From a virus, in IMG/VR virus record IMGVR_UViG_3300021424_000003, positions 55,345 through 119,344 of that record: 64,000 nt of DNA. One strand, written 5' to 3'. The position numbers and the translations under genes are program-made. Numbering within the stretch: the first letter of the stretch is position 1; every line of letters begins with the position of its first letter. The notes under the pieces are model-generated. The model saw only the letters and a list, made by a program, of their open reading frames with translations. It did no database searches and had not been told where the DNA came from. Shown here one piece after another: positions 27,574 through 37,038 of the stretch.

Positions 27574-28827
27574 ATGGATGATATAGATAGCGAAATAAAA
27601 GAGCTGGAATCCTTGAAGTTGATTACAGTTCGCGTTAAAACGGAAGAGGAAGAACTCTTTGCAGATTTCCCCATGCCGCAGATATGGGAAGACTATTCTG
27701 ATGAAGCTCTCTTTGGGGATGAGGATGGACTTGATGCCTATGATTCAAAATCCCTGAAACAGTGGTTTAAAGAGAAATGGGTAGACATTTCCAGGCCAAA
27801 GCCTGGCGGTGGGTTTGAGCCGTGTGGGAGAGATAAGGCCGGCAAGGGTAAATACCCCAAATGCGTTCCAGCATCACGAGCAGCAAAAATGAAGCCATCC
27901 GAGATTGCCTCAGCAGTAAGGCGCAAAAGAAAAGCGGAGTCCACCCAGCAAAGGGACGGGAAAAAGCCCATATATGTCTCGACAATGAAAAAAGACGCCA
28001 GAGGTGAGGATTTCGGTGAGAAGGCCGCTATTCCAACAAATAGGGCGCTTTACGAGAGAGTTAAGGCGGAAGCAAAAGCCAAGTTCGATGTTTACCCATC
28101 GGCCTATGCAAACGCCTGGCTTGTAAGAGAATATAAAAAGCGTGGTGGTGGGTACAGAGAAGGCGCAAAAGAAATGGACGCCGACTACGTGGATGAGGTG
28201 GAGGAATTAAGCGAAAAACAACTCTCTGACTTCATAGATTGGGTTGACGAAAAGGCAGCGAAGAGAAATCCTCGCTTAAAAGACCCCAAAGGTGGCCTCA
28301 CGGCGGCCGGTAGGGCGTACTTTAAGAGGACTCAAGGGGCAAACCTGAAACCGGGGGTTCGTGGACCGGCAGATACTCCGGAAAAAATGCGCCGTAAGGG
28401 TTCTTTTTTGACAAGATTTTTTACCAATCCTTCTGGCCCCATGGTCGACGATAAGGGCAGAGCCACTCGGCTTGCGCTATCTGCTGCGGCGTGGGGCGAA
28501 CCTGTTCCCAAGAACGCGGAGGATGCGGCTCGTCTAGCAGCAAAAGGCAGAAGGCTTCTAGACAGGTATGAGAATACAAAAAAACGTAAAAAAGACGACG
28601 CTCCCAATGTGGAACCTCAGTCAATTTCAATGTCCAACGAAGATATGGCTCAAAAATTCATAGACGGCCTATCCGACGATGATTTTGAGAAGATATTCCC
28701 AGAAGGTAGCGAGTGGGTAATACCGACAGAAGAAAAGTGGCTGTTTGACGTCGCAGGTGCATTTTTGCGTCGCAGCATAACCAACAGAAGGAAAAGGAAA
28801 CGCAAAAAGCGGAGAATGTTCCTATGA
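27574..28827 (+). CDS. Basic multidomain virion-associated protein (DUF5872/DUF6321-like modules)
   Basis: LKQWFKEKWVD..CGR..YPKCVP; LYERVK..PSAYANAWLVREYKKRGG; KDPKGGLTAAGR..RRKGSF. Confidence 0.6.
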   Translation: MDDIDSEIKELESLKLITVRVKTEEEELFADFPMPQIWEDYSDEALFGDEDGLDAYDSKSLKQWFKEKWVDISRPKPGGGFEPCGRDKAGKGKYPKCVPASRAAKMKPSEIASAVRRKRKAESTQQRDGKKPIYVSTMKKDARGEDFGEKAAIPTNRALYERVKAEAKAKFDVYPSAYANAWLVREYKKRGGGYREGAKEMDADYVDEVEELSEKQLSDFIDWVDEKAAKRNPRLKDPKGGLTAAGRAYFKRTQGANLKPGVRGPADTPEKMRRKGSFLTRFFTNPSGPMVDDKGRATRLALSAAAWGEPVPKNAEDAARLAAKGRRLLDRYENTKKRKKDDAPNVEPQSISMSNEDMAQKFIDGLSDDDFEKIFPEGSEWVIPTEEKWLFDVAGAFLRRSITNRRKRKRKKRRMFL

Positions 28828-29234
28828 GTAGCAGATTTTGGTATGGAGCGACCACGCTTGGGATTGTTGACGGTGACACAATAGACCTGATGATTGACCT
28901 TGGCTTCAATATCCACCACAAAATCAGAGTCCGGCTCTATGGCGTGAATGCCCCAGAATCAAGGACAAAAGACCTTGCCGAGAAAGAACTAGGTTTGAAA
29001 GCGAAAAAGTTCACCGAGGAATGGCTTACTCAGAACAAGTGGATTTATGTCAACACAATCCCAGACAAAAATGACAAATACGGAAGAATTCTGGCCAAAA
29101 TATATACAGACGAAAACATCTACAGACCAGAGGTGAAGTGCCTCAACGAGGACATCATTAAGTCGGGATTTGCCCGCGAGTACTACGGTGTTGGCGATAA
29201 AACGTGGGCAGAATTCAAGAAGAAAGGGTCGTAG
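28824..29234 (+). CDS. Thermonuclease (SNase-like) family nuclease
   Basis: VDGDTID, RVRLYGVNAPE, DKYGRILA. Confidence 0.9.
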   Translation: MSSRFWYGATTLGIVDGDTIDLMIDLGFNIHHKIRVRLYGVNAPESRTKDLAEKELGLKAKKFTEEWLTQNKWIYVNTIPDKNDKYGRILAKIYTDENIYRPEVKCLNEDIIKSGFAREYYGVGDKTWAEFKKKGS

Positions 29235-29992
29235 TGGAAGAGAAAAACATACTCGCAATGCTCATGTCTGGCATGCCTATTCGCATTGTTTCAGACAGCA
29301 AACCGGAACATCATTCGCTTGCCCCTGAAGAGAGAGAGCTTGCAGATTCGCTAGTGCGAATAGCCGAAAAATTCGGGAAATTCAACGAAGACGGCAAGGG
29401 AATCTGGGCTGGATACAAGCCCGCATCGAGCAACACCAAAGCCTCAATCGGGGTCAAATGCTCAAACTGTGTTCTTTATTTGGGCGGCGGCCAGTGCAGG
29501 ATAATACAAAATACCGTTGAGCCGGAAGGAAAGTGCCGTTTTGCTGTAATTCCAGACGGAGTTGTTGAGGGTTATAAATCAGCGGAGGACGGCATCGAGT
29601 ATAAAGTGGGCGACAAGTGCCCCACCGCCACACGCGACATAGCCGTAAACCTCAAGAATAGAGGTAAGGCAATCAAGACAGCAATGTATGGGCCCCTGAA
29701 TCCATCAGAAGAAAATAACGAATACTGGGCGAAGATTGGCTCAGAATGGGATGTCACTGCTGATGAGGCAAGAAAGCAGAGATGCGGAAATTGCGCCGTC
29801 TTTATAGTCACACCAGAAATGAAGGACTGTATCAAAACAGGCCTAACCGAAGAGAACAAAATGGACGATTGGGATTCAATTGACGCGGCGGGTGAACTTG
29901 GGTACTGCGAGGCTTTTGATTTTAAATGCGCATCCAAGAGGACATGTAGGGCCTGGGTCACGGGCGGACCAGTAACTCGGACTAAGAAGTAA
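29234..29992 (+). CDS. Protein with two Cys4 (HiPIP-like) domains
   Basis: CSNC..C..GKCRF and CGNC..GYC..TCRAW. Confidence 0.65.
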   Translation: MEEKNILAMLMSGMPIRIVSDSKPEHHSLAPEERELADSLVRIAEKFGKFNEDGKGIWAGYKPASSNTKASIGVKCSNCVLYLGGGQCRIIQNTVEPEGKCRFAVIPDGVVEGYKSAEDGIEYKVGDKCPTATRDIAVNLKNRGKAIKTAMYGPLNPSEENNEYWAKIGSEWDVTADEARKQRCGNCAVFIVTPEMKDCIKTGLTEENKMDDWDSIDAAGELGYCEAFDFKCASKRTCRAWVTGGPVTRTKK

Positions 29993-29994
29993 AC

Positions 29995-31920
29995 CTACTT
30001 AATTGGGCATGCCCCTGTAGCACAGTTCTCTGCATCGATATCTTCGCCGACTTTAGAAACGTAAAGCGGTACGGAGAAGTCGACTTTAGCAAGCATCTTT
30101 TCGTATGAATCTTTTGTTATTTCCTCATATGGAGCAAGAGCAAAATTGTGCTCTGAATGGAGAAGGAAAGAAACAGATTTAACGGAAGAGTCGTAGTTCT
30201 TCTCAAGCCATTCTTTTATGTCCGTTAGCTCCTCTTTTCGGTAGTAAACAGTCACAGAAACGGCGTTATCTGCCCACACGGTCTGCATCATCTTAACCCA
30301 CTCAAGTTGTTCAATTGCTGTCATTTCTGCTGCGAGCACCGCGTTCGCTGGAGACTCACACGGGAATTCGACGACGTACCTTGTGTGGTCTTCGCGGCCG
30401 TCAATACCAATATCCCACTGAACCCTGTATCCACGCTTGCGGCAAGCCTCAACCAGGGGGTCAGCCGAACCAAATCGAACTCTTCTTATGTAATACCTAG
30501 CGTAGGCTGGGTGCACCCCTGGAGTTATGCCCGGCAAGAGCGAAAGAGTTCCGGACGGCTGAACAGTAGTAAGCCTTACAGACTTGGGGAAATTATTTTC
30601 TTTTGAGTAATTCTCATCAAATTCGCGAAGGTTTCTATAAACGGAATCTAGCCATGAAGTCTGTTCTTCTGATGCCTGAAGAATGCCAGTTACTGACTGC
30701 CCCAGTCGTGCGTTCTGCTTAACAATATTGGTTGTCTTCTCATACGGGTAGTTCATTCGTGTTATCTGCTTCTGGACCTTATACAGCAGAATGCTTATTT
30801 CCTGAAACTGCTCAATCGAATCTATATTCGGCAAGAAAATTGTTGCAAGGTTGCAAGATTCACCATCGGCAAGACCTATTTCTGCGCAAGGGTTGAACCC
30901 GTCTACTGTGTTGTCTTGCCTCTTTTCACCTAGACGTCCATATGTACGCGCAAGGCGACGATTTAGCAGACCGTATGGTTCCCCCGAGCCATCATACCCC
31001 TTCCATAGTTCAGGCATTATTTCATCAAAATGGTCTGCATAAATACTGTTATTGGAATTAGCCCTCCATGCGGGGACGTTCCCTGATGACCAATTCTTTG
31101 CACGAAGGAAAAGAACGTCATCGGGGTCACCCATCGCTATTTGCGCTGACCGCCTTGACGAGCCGGAAACAACAATGCGACCAATAATGTTGCAAATATC
31201 CAAAACATCAACAGACCTCAATTTCTTGCCAATACGATTATCTAGAACTTTACAGATGTCAGTAATTCCTTCAATCAACGCACCAGGACCGGAAGCTGTG
31301 CCCCCGAATGTTTTTAGCGGAGCACCAAACTCTCTAATTAATAGCGTGGAATACGTGAAAGACCGTCCAGTATCAAAGTAAGACTTTAAAACACTATGTA
31401 GGAGTCGGCGCCACCCGGTTCGACTATCTGGAACAATAATATCTGCATCATTCGTGCGCTCATGCGCAATCACAACGCCAGCCTTGACTTTAGGGAGCTC
31501 GTGAATTTTCGAGCGCTCTACCGAAAACCCAACCCCGCCACCGAGCATGAGATAATCGAAAAGCATTTCGAAGTCCTCAATTTTTTCTATGTTTGTGAAG
31601 TAGCAGTTATTCAGCGATGTTGCATTGAATTTGTTAACGAGAGGCGTACCAAGCTGCCATAGCGAACGGCCGGAAAATGAGCACCGGAGATTAAAGCAAT
31701 GGTCAAACAGCTTCTCTGCTTCTTTCTCTGATAATGGGACTCCAATTTCAAGAGCGCCATTTATCACACGCTCAAGCGTTTCAGTCCATGTTTCATTATT
31801 TCCATTATCGTTCCGTCTGCTATATGTGCGAAGAAAAACTATTTCCCCCAAGCCGTTAAAGCCCCACGGGGGTGTTTTTAGGGAATATGAATCTACAAAA
31901 TCTCTTCCTAGCTGCATCAT
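29995..31920 (-). CDS. nrdJ: Class II (adenosylcobalamin-dependent) ribonucleotide reductase, monomeric RTPR type
   Basis: RTYSR, NNC, RRSA, NPCAEI, TVQPSGT, C-terminal CATGACPIK. Confidence 0.93.
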   Translation of the reverse strand: MMQLGRDFVDSYSLKTPPWGFNGLGEIVFLRTYSRRNDNGNNETWTETLERVINGALEIGVPLSEKEAEKLFDHCFNLRCSFSGRSLWQLGTPLVNKFNATSLNNCYFTNIEKIEDFEMLFDYLMLGGGVGFSVERSKIHELPKVKAGVVIAHERTNDADIIVPDSRTGWRRLLHSVLKSYFDTGRSFTYSTLLIREFGAPLKTFGGTASGPGALIEGITDICKVLDNRIGKKLRSVDVLDICNIIGRIVVSGSSRRSAQIAMGDPDDVLFLRAKNWSSGNVPAWRANSNNSIYADHFDEIMPELWKGYDGSGEPYGLLNRRLARTYGRLGEKRQDNTVDGFNPCAEIGLADGESCNLATIFLPNIDSIEQFQEISILLYKVQKQITRMNYPYEKTTNIVKQNARLGQSVTGILQASEEQTSWLDSVYRNLREFDENYSKENNFPKSVRLTTVQPSGTLSLLPGITPGVHPAYARYYIRRVRFGSADPLVEACRKRGYRVQWDIGIDGREDHTRYVVEFPCESPANAVLAAEMTAIEQLEWVKMMQTVWADNAVSVTVYYRKEELTDIKEWLEKNYDSSVKSVSFLLHSEHNFALAPYEEITKDSYEKMLAKVDFSVPLYVSKVGEDIDAENCATGACPIK

Positions 31921-32021
31921 TTCTTCCTTTGGAGACCGTGGGTGGCTTTAGAGATACGATTGTATCTCATTGGAAAATACTGAAACCGTCCAGTGTCCCC
32001 GGAAGTTTGACCGTTCAGTTT

Positions 32022-32360
32022 TTATAGAGATTTTGGATTCTTGACTATTCCAAGACGAAGTGCTTCAGAAAAGGGAACATACTTTCCCTTGCTGTGGATA
32101 AGAACATCTGCCTTAACGTATGGATTTATATGTCGCTCTTCATAAATGTCCTCTTCTACGAGAATCATCTGCGACTCCATTAATGTTTCGCTTATTCCTA
32201 GACCAAATATAATTTTCGGTGCAGACTCTTCTGAGCCGGGACAGTCCCCTGTTGGGTGTCCGCAAATCGGACATGGCCCTCTATCTCCGCTCAGGATTGT
32301 TGTGTCGGGGAATACCCTCCTGTTCCCCCCATCATTCGGCGTGTTATAAAAGGAATTCAT
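32022..32360 (-). CDS. Hypothetical protein (CPICGH..C)
   Basis: ORF in operon with nrdJ. Confidence 0.65.
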   Translation of the reverse strand: MNSFYNTPNDGGNRRVFPDTTILSGDRGPCPICGHPTGDCPGSEESAPKIIFGLGISETLMESQMILVEEDIYEERHINPYVKADVLIHSKGKYVPFSEALRLGIVKNPKSL

Positions 32361-32377
32361 TGGATAATTATACAGTA

Positions 32378-33013
32378 TTACATTTCCTGTACGAAAAATC
32401 CGTTCCTGACCATCGCCATCATCAACTCGTCGAAGGCCTCGGGTGGTAACTCTTCAGAATTTATATCCTGAGAAATGGCCATGCCAAGCATCTTGGGATA
32501 TGTGTATTCTCTCATAACTTTTTCCCCGCCGCCAGGGTGAATAAGCATGTCGAGCCATGTAATTTTCCTTCCCTCGCCATAGACGTACGGAACTGCAACA
32601 ACATCGACACGAGGCTCGCCATCTATGAGAGATGCGTGAGATATTGTCACACACTCATGAACTCCAGAAATACTGTCATCTGCAAATATTTTAGCTAGGT
32701 CTAATTCATGAGTTTTTTCTTTATCGAATGAGCAAAACCCCTCCGCGACCATTGTTATGTCCGTTGCGCCCCAGAATTTACGGAGCGCCACGCACAGGGA
32801 GCCGCATTGAGCCAGTCTGTCAGCCGGGGGCATTCTCATGTATTCCCTCTGAAGTTGAGCCACGATAGACAGACGACCGTCCGCCCAGCCAAAAAAATTG
32901 AAATTTAGGTCTTCGCCGAGCCCGTATTCCGTTACGGACAGGGCTTTTGCTAGTTGGGCAGACGTTACGGACAGCGCTATTTTACTAAAAATGTTGTCAT
33001 AATTTCCGTCCAT
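32378..33013 (-). CDS. Hypothetical protein
   Basis: 211-aa ORF. Confidence 0.7.
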   Translation of the reverse strand: MDGNYDNIFSKIALSVTSAQLAKALSVTEYGLGEDLNFNFFGWADGRLSIVAQLQREYMRMPPADRLAQCGSLCVALRKFWGATDITMVAEGFCSFDKEKTHELDLAKIFADDSISGVHECVTISHASLIDGEPRVDVVAVPYVYGEGRKITWLDMLIHPGGGEKVMREYTYPKMLGMAISQDINSEELPPEAFDELMMAMVRNGFFVQEM

Positions 33014-33090
33014 TTAAAAAATTCTAGTATATTTTTCCTACATTTCAGGACATCCCCTGGGGCCGCGCTTCTACTACTAATATTGGCGAT

Positions 33091-33492
33091 ATGAGCAACA
33101 CTAAGAAAAAAACAGTCAAAAAGACAACGGCCAAAAAAGCACCCGCGAAAAAGCAGGTAGCCAAAAAAGCCGCAGCACCCAAAGCCCCCGTGAAAAAGCA
33201 GGCGGCCAAGAAGGCTGCACCAGCTAAGAAGGCTGCACCGGCTAAGAAAAATAAAAACCTTATTGATTCAATCGAAAACAAAATTGAGGCAGCTACGGGC
33301 ATTGAAATTCCTCAGTCCGTAATTAAAGAAGTTAAAGAAATGCACAACGCTTTGAGCGAGATGGATATGCCAAAGTTTTCGACAACAAAAACCAGCAACG
33401 GCGATGTAAATGTAAGTGTGTCATTTTCTACTCCCCCATCGCTAAAAAAGCTCTCCTGGTTTAAAAGAATATTTGGTCCTAAAAAAAAGTAA
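33091..33492 (+). CDS. Histone-like Lys/Ala/Pro-repeat DNA-binding protein (leaderless)
   Basis: AKKAPAKK repeats; TAATAT -10 lies 7 nt before the ATG. Confidence 0.75.
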   Translation: MSNTKKKTVKKTTAKKAPAKKQVAKKAAAPKAPVKKQAAKKAAPAKKAAPAKKNKNLIDSIENKIEAATGIEIPQSVIKEVKEMHNALSEMDMPKFSTTKTSNGDVNVSVSFSTPPSLKKLSWFKRIFGPKKK

Positions 33493-33501
33493 ACTTCGCC
33501 C

Positions 33502-33906
33502 GTGACGACGGAGCACAGGAAAGCCCCAAGGCGGAAAATAGTATCCGTTAAAAGAACGGGCCGATGGGGTCAATATCAGCACGAGCACAGGCTTAGCTGC
33601 GGTCACGTTGAATTACGCCCAAGAAAAGCGTCTACCCCCACCCTCGCGTGCGCATGGTGCTATAGGGCGGCAAGGATGCAAATTGAACTTTCGTCGCTGG
33701 GAAAAAATGAACAGCAGCAACTTGACGAGGGCGATGACCCGACTGTAGAGTCGCGCATCAGTCAGATACGGGCATCAATAGCTGCGAGATTTTCTGTTCC
33801 GCTGGAAGCAGTGGACATAGTTTCGAGCATTGCGACTGGGGAAGTTGTTGTGAGTTATGCAACTGTTTTTCTTTCGCAAAACGACATACGCCGCATATCT
33901 GAGTAA
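33502..33906 (+). CDS. Hypothetical Zn-ribbon-like protein
   Basis: LSCGH..CAWC. Confidence 0.6.
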   Translation: MTTEHRKAPRRKIVSVKRTGRWGQYQHEHRLSCGHVELRPRKASTPTLACAWCYRAARMQIELSSLGKNEQQQLDEGDDPTVESRISQIRASIAARFSVPLEAVDIVSSIATGEVVVSYATVFLSQNDIRRISE

Positions 33907-33931
33907 AGCATCTACGGCATGGGTGGGAAAT

Positions 33932-34297
33932 TTGGGAGACAAATTCGATGAAGCACCAGAAAATGGGAGATGCAGCGGGGAAGACCCAAACATATGGTTC
34001 CCTGTATTCAGCAGGTCGCCAAGCAAGCGGGAACGCACGGCGGTAAACAAAAGAATAGCGATAGCAAAATCGTTCTGTTCAACCTGCGAGCACTCAGTCC
34101 AGTGTCTCGAATACTCCTTGCGTCACGAACCCCTAGGCATATGGGGGGGAATGACGGAGCTGGAGAGGGCCAAGTTGAGGTCAGCGCGCGGAATCAATCT
34201 CTCCCGTGAGGGTAGGATATTTTTTCCTGGTGTCGGCATGAGGAATGCCAACGGCACAAGTGCTAGCTACAGGGCAAAGATAGATATCGATGGCTAG
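33932..34297 (+). CDS. whiB: WhiB-family Fe-S transcription factor
   Basis: C..WFP..AK.FC..C..VQCLEY..GIWGG.TE.ER; start codon uncertain (33923 or 33932). Confidence 0.9.
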   Translation: MGDKFDEAPENGRCSGEDPNIWFPVFSRSPSKRERTAVNKRIAIAKSFCSTCEHSVQCLEYSLRHEPLGIWGGMTELERAKLRSARGINLSREGRIFFPGVGMRNANGTSASYRAKIDIDG

Positions 34298-36032
34298 CGC
34301 TCAATATAAACACACGCAAACGCTCCTCAGCAGACTCGTCGGTGTCAGGTCGACCCCTGCGGGGTGGGAGGCCTCATGCCCCTGCAGGGACGATGACAGG
34401 AATCCTTCCCTATCCGTGGCGGAGGGTGACGATGGGAAGGTATTGCTCCACTGTCACAGGGGGAACGGGTGCGATGTGGACAAAATATGCTCATCGATTG
34501 GCCTGACCACATCTGACCTATGGCCACCGAAAGAACCAGAGCCGATTAAAGAAAAAGACAAGCTTACTTTTGTCAAGTCTTACGACTATCTAGGCGAAGA
34601 CGGAAACTTACTGTTTCAAAAAGTTAGATATGTAAATCAATATGGGGTAAAAACATTTAGGCAACGAAAGCCGTCAGGAAGAGGAGAGTGGACCTATTCC
34701 TTGGGCGACACTCCAAAGGTTCTATATAACCTTCCGACGGTATTAAAAGCCGTTAAGGGCGGCGACCCAATCTGGATTGTCGAGGGCGAAAAGGATGCAG
34801 ACACCCTCACCGAGATGGGTGCGACAGCAACAACTGCCCCAGGTGGCGCCGGCAAGTGGCTAGACATACATACAGCAGCTCTTGCTGGTGCAACGATTGA
34901 CATAATTGCAGACAACGACACACCAGGGAAAGAGCATGCCGCACTCGTCTGCTCGGAGTTAGAAAAAGTCGGGTGCGACGTTCAGGTATGGATATGCCCA
35001 GACGTAAAAGACATTACAGAGCATCTTAATTCTGGTAAGGGCATAGATGACTTGGTTTTTTTTGATGTATCTACGGTGGAAAAAACAAATACATCAACTG
35101 GGCTGGACCAGGGCGAAGGAGCCAGCGATGGTGAGGTCGTATTATCGAAAATATCTACTCTTCTAAACAGGGACGACCTAACTATCGAACAGAAGATAGT
35201 CAAGGTGTCGAATGCTATTCATTCCTATTCCTCCACAGAATTAACGCTGGACGCTGGCCGCCTTGTTAATTGGGAGGAATTCCTAAAAGAGTCATCCAGT
35301 GATAATTATGACTGGGTAATACCGTGGCTTCTTGAAAAGTCGGAGCGAGTTATCGTTGTCGCAGCAGAGGGCGTTGGCAAAACAATGCTTGCGAGACAGG
35401 TCGCCATACTCACCGCGACTGGAATGCACCCTTTTACGTATCAAAGAATTAGTCCTGTCCGGACTCTTACCGTGGACCTGGAAAACCCAGAAAAAATTAT
35501 CAGACGAACCTCTCGGTCTATTCAGGCCCAAGCCCTCAGCTATGGATTCGAGAGAAAATCTCTGGCCGAGCTCTTTATTAAGCCATCTGGCATTGACCTG
35601 TTGAGAGTAAGCGACAGAATGCTTCTTGAGGAGCAGATAGAGAAAACTCAGCCGCAGATACTCGTAATGGGACCTCTTTATAAGTCATTTGTCGACCCTG
35701 GTGGAAGAACGTCGGAGGCGATAGCAGTTGAGGTGGCCAAGTATCTTGACTACATCAGAACCGTCTATGGGTGCGCATTGTGGCTGGAGCACCATGCCCC
35801 CCTCGGCCAGACTACGTCTACAAGAGACCTTAGGCCATTCGGCTCGGCAGTATGGTCTCGGTGGCCGGAATTTGGAATATCACTCCAGCCAGATTTCGGT
35901 GCTTCAACGCCATACACATATGATGTTCGACATTTCCGTGGTGCCAGAGATGAGCGCCCATGGCCTACTAAAATAAAGAGGGGTAAACGATTCCCGTTTG
36001 AGGTCATCGAATTCTCCGGAAGCTCCACATAG
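34290..36032 (+). CDS. DNA primase-helicase (Zn finger + TOPRIM + AAA_25/RecA-like)
   Basis: CPC.DD.NPSL, VEGEKDAD, ADND.PG, AAEGVGKT, DLEN, RPFGS. Confidence 0.88.
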   Translation: MASAQYKHTQTLLSRLVGVRSTPAGWEASCPCRDDDRNPSLSVAEGDDGKVLLHCHRGNGCDVDKICSSIGLTTSDLWPPKEPEPIKEKDKLTFVKSYDYLGEDGNLLFQKVRYVNQYGVKTFRQRKPSGRGEWTYSLGDTPKVLYNLPTVLKAVKGGDPIWIVEGEKDADTLTEMGATATTAPGGAGKWLDIHTAALAGATIDIIADNDTPGKEHAALVCSELEKVGCDVQVWICPDVKDITEHLNSGKGIDDLVFFDVSTVEKTNTSTGLDQGEGASDGEVVLSKISTLLNRDDLTIEQKIVKVSNAIHSYSSTELTLDAGRLVNWEEFLKESSSDNYDWVIPWLLEKSERVIVVAAEGVGKTMLARQVAILTATGMHPFTYQRISPVRTLTVDLENPEKIIRRTSRSIQAQALSYGFERKSLAELFIKPSGIDLLRVSDRMLLEEQIEKTQPQILVMGPLYKSFVDPGGRTSEAIAVEVAKYLDYIRTVYGCALWLEHHAPLGQTTSTRDLRPFGSAVWSRWPEFGISLQPDFGASTPYTYDVRHFRGARDERPWPTKIKRGKRFPFEVIEFSGSST

Positions 36033-36040
36033 TAGGAATA

Positions 36041-36685
36041 ATGACAAACGACAAAAACAAGCCCATATCTCGAGAATTCCTCAGTGAAAGAGATGCTCGC
36101 ATATTTAAGATGCGGCAGGCCGGAACATCGACTTCAGAAATAGCGAGACGGTTCGGGGTGACAACTAGGGCAGTCTCTAAGGCCATTCAGCGCCAGCTAG
36201 AGAAGATGAATCAAGAAACGATGATGGCATACCCAGAGGTCCTCAGAATGGAGCTAGAGCGCTTAGACAGCCTCCAGCAGGCAATATGGCCGATGACTCA
36301 GCATCGTAAGGTCAAAATGGACGACGGCTCAGAGGTGCCCGTTGAGCCGGATATGAAAGCGATTCAACAAGTTCTTTCTATTATGGATAGAAGAACGAAA
36401 TTGCTCGGTATGGACCACGTAAATCTAAACGTGCAGATGGATATGAACCAAATAAATTCCGACCCAATTAAGGTCACTCTTGCCGGTGCCCTGGGAAATC
36501 AGGAAAGCGAAAAATTTGACCCCGAATCGGAGGCCAAAAAACTGCTCGAACTTATGGGCGCTTCAGGGATACTCCCACCGGCTATGGTTAAGAAACTGCT
36601 TGATGGCGATAGCGATGTAATAGACGCAGACATCGTCGAAGACGAAATGGTCGCTGAGGGAGAATTAATAACTGAGGATGAGTGA
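36041..36685 (+). CDS. HTH protein, terminase-small-subunit-like
   Basis: R.AG.S.SEIARRFG; ELERLD.LQ.A.WP; VL.IMDRR.KLLG. Confidence 0.55.
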   Translation: MTNDKNKPISREFLSERDARIFKMRQAGTSTSEIARRFGVTTRAVSKAIQRQLEKMNQETMMAYPEVLRMELERLDSLQQAIWPMTQHRKVKMDDGSEVPVEPDMKAIQQVLSIMDRRTKLLGMDHVNLNVQMDMNQINSDPIKVTLAGALGNQESEKFDPESEAKKLLELMGASGILPPAMVKKLLDGDSDVIDADIVEDEMVAEGELITEDE

Positions 36686-37016
36686 GAAAAACTCTATGAG
36701 AAAAGCTATGGACAAGGTAGTTGGCGAAATGCCCAATCTATCCGTTGCACCAATGACCAAAGACGACGATGGGCCAGTAGACAAGCAGGTTCTAATCCGC
36801 GTAAACGAAAAAGACCGAGCGAAATGGAAAAAAGCAGCCGAAGTAAGCGGAGTGAATTTATCAACCTGGATTAGGCACGTTCTGAACGCAGCGGCCACCG
36901 ATTTGCTTGAGTGCGGACACCCCATTAATCGACGGAAATACTATCCATGGGCGGAGTTCTGCCTAGATTGTGGTATGCGTCTTTCCGAAAAGCGACCTTC
37001 CGCTAGCAAACTATAA
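36678..37016 (+). CDS. Ribbon-helix-helix DNA-binding protein with C-terminal Cys motif
   Basis: VLIRV..DRAKWKKAA..NLSTWIR..LN; CGH..CLDC. Confidence 0.7.
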   Translation: MSEKNSMRKAMDKVVGEMPNLSVAPMTKDDDGPVDKQVLIRVNEKDRAKWKKAAEVSGVNLSTWIRHVLNAAATDLLECGHPINRRKYYPWAEFCLDCGMRLSEKRPSASKL

Positions 37017-37038
37017 TTAAAAGTACAATGCATTCGTT

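Noticed and set aside
408-31951. Many antisense and alternate-frame ORFs in the ORF track (Ser/Leu-rich)
   Set aside because: They are shadows of long, motif-bearing genes, with no RBS and the low-complexity translation typical of reverse frames.
31921-32021. Cobalamin riboswitch or NrdR box upstream of nrdJ
   Set aside because: The gap is only ~100 bp with no B12-box or NrdR consensus. Only a GAGATAC/GTATCTC palindrome over a TACAAT -10 is present.
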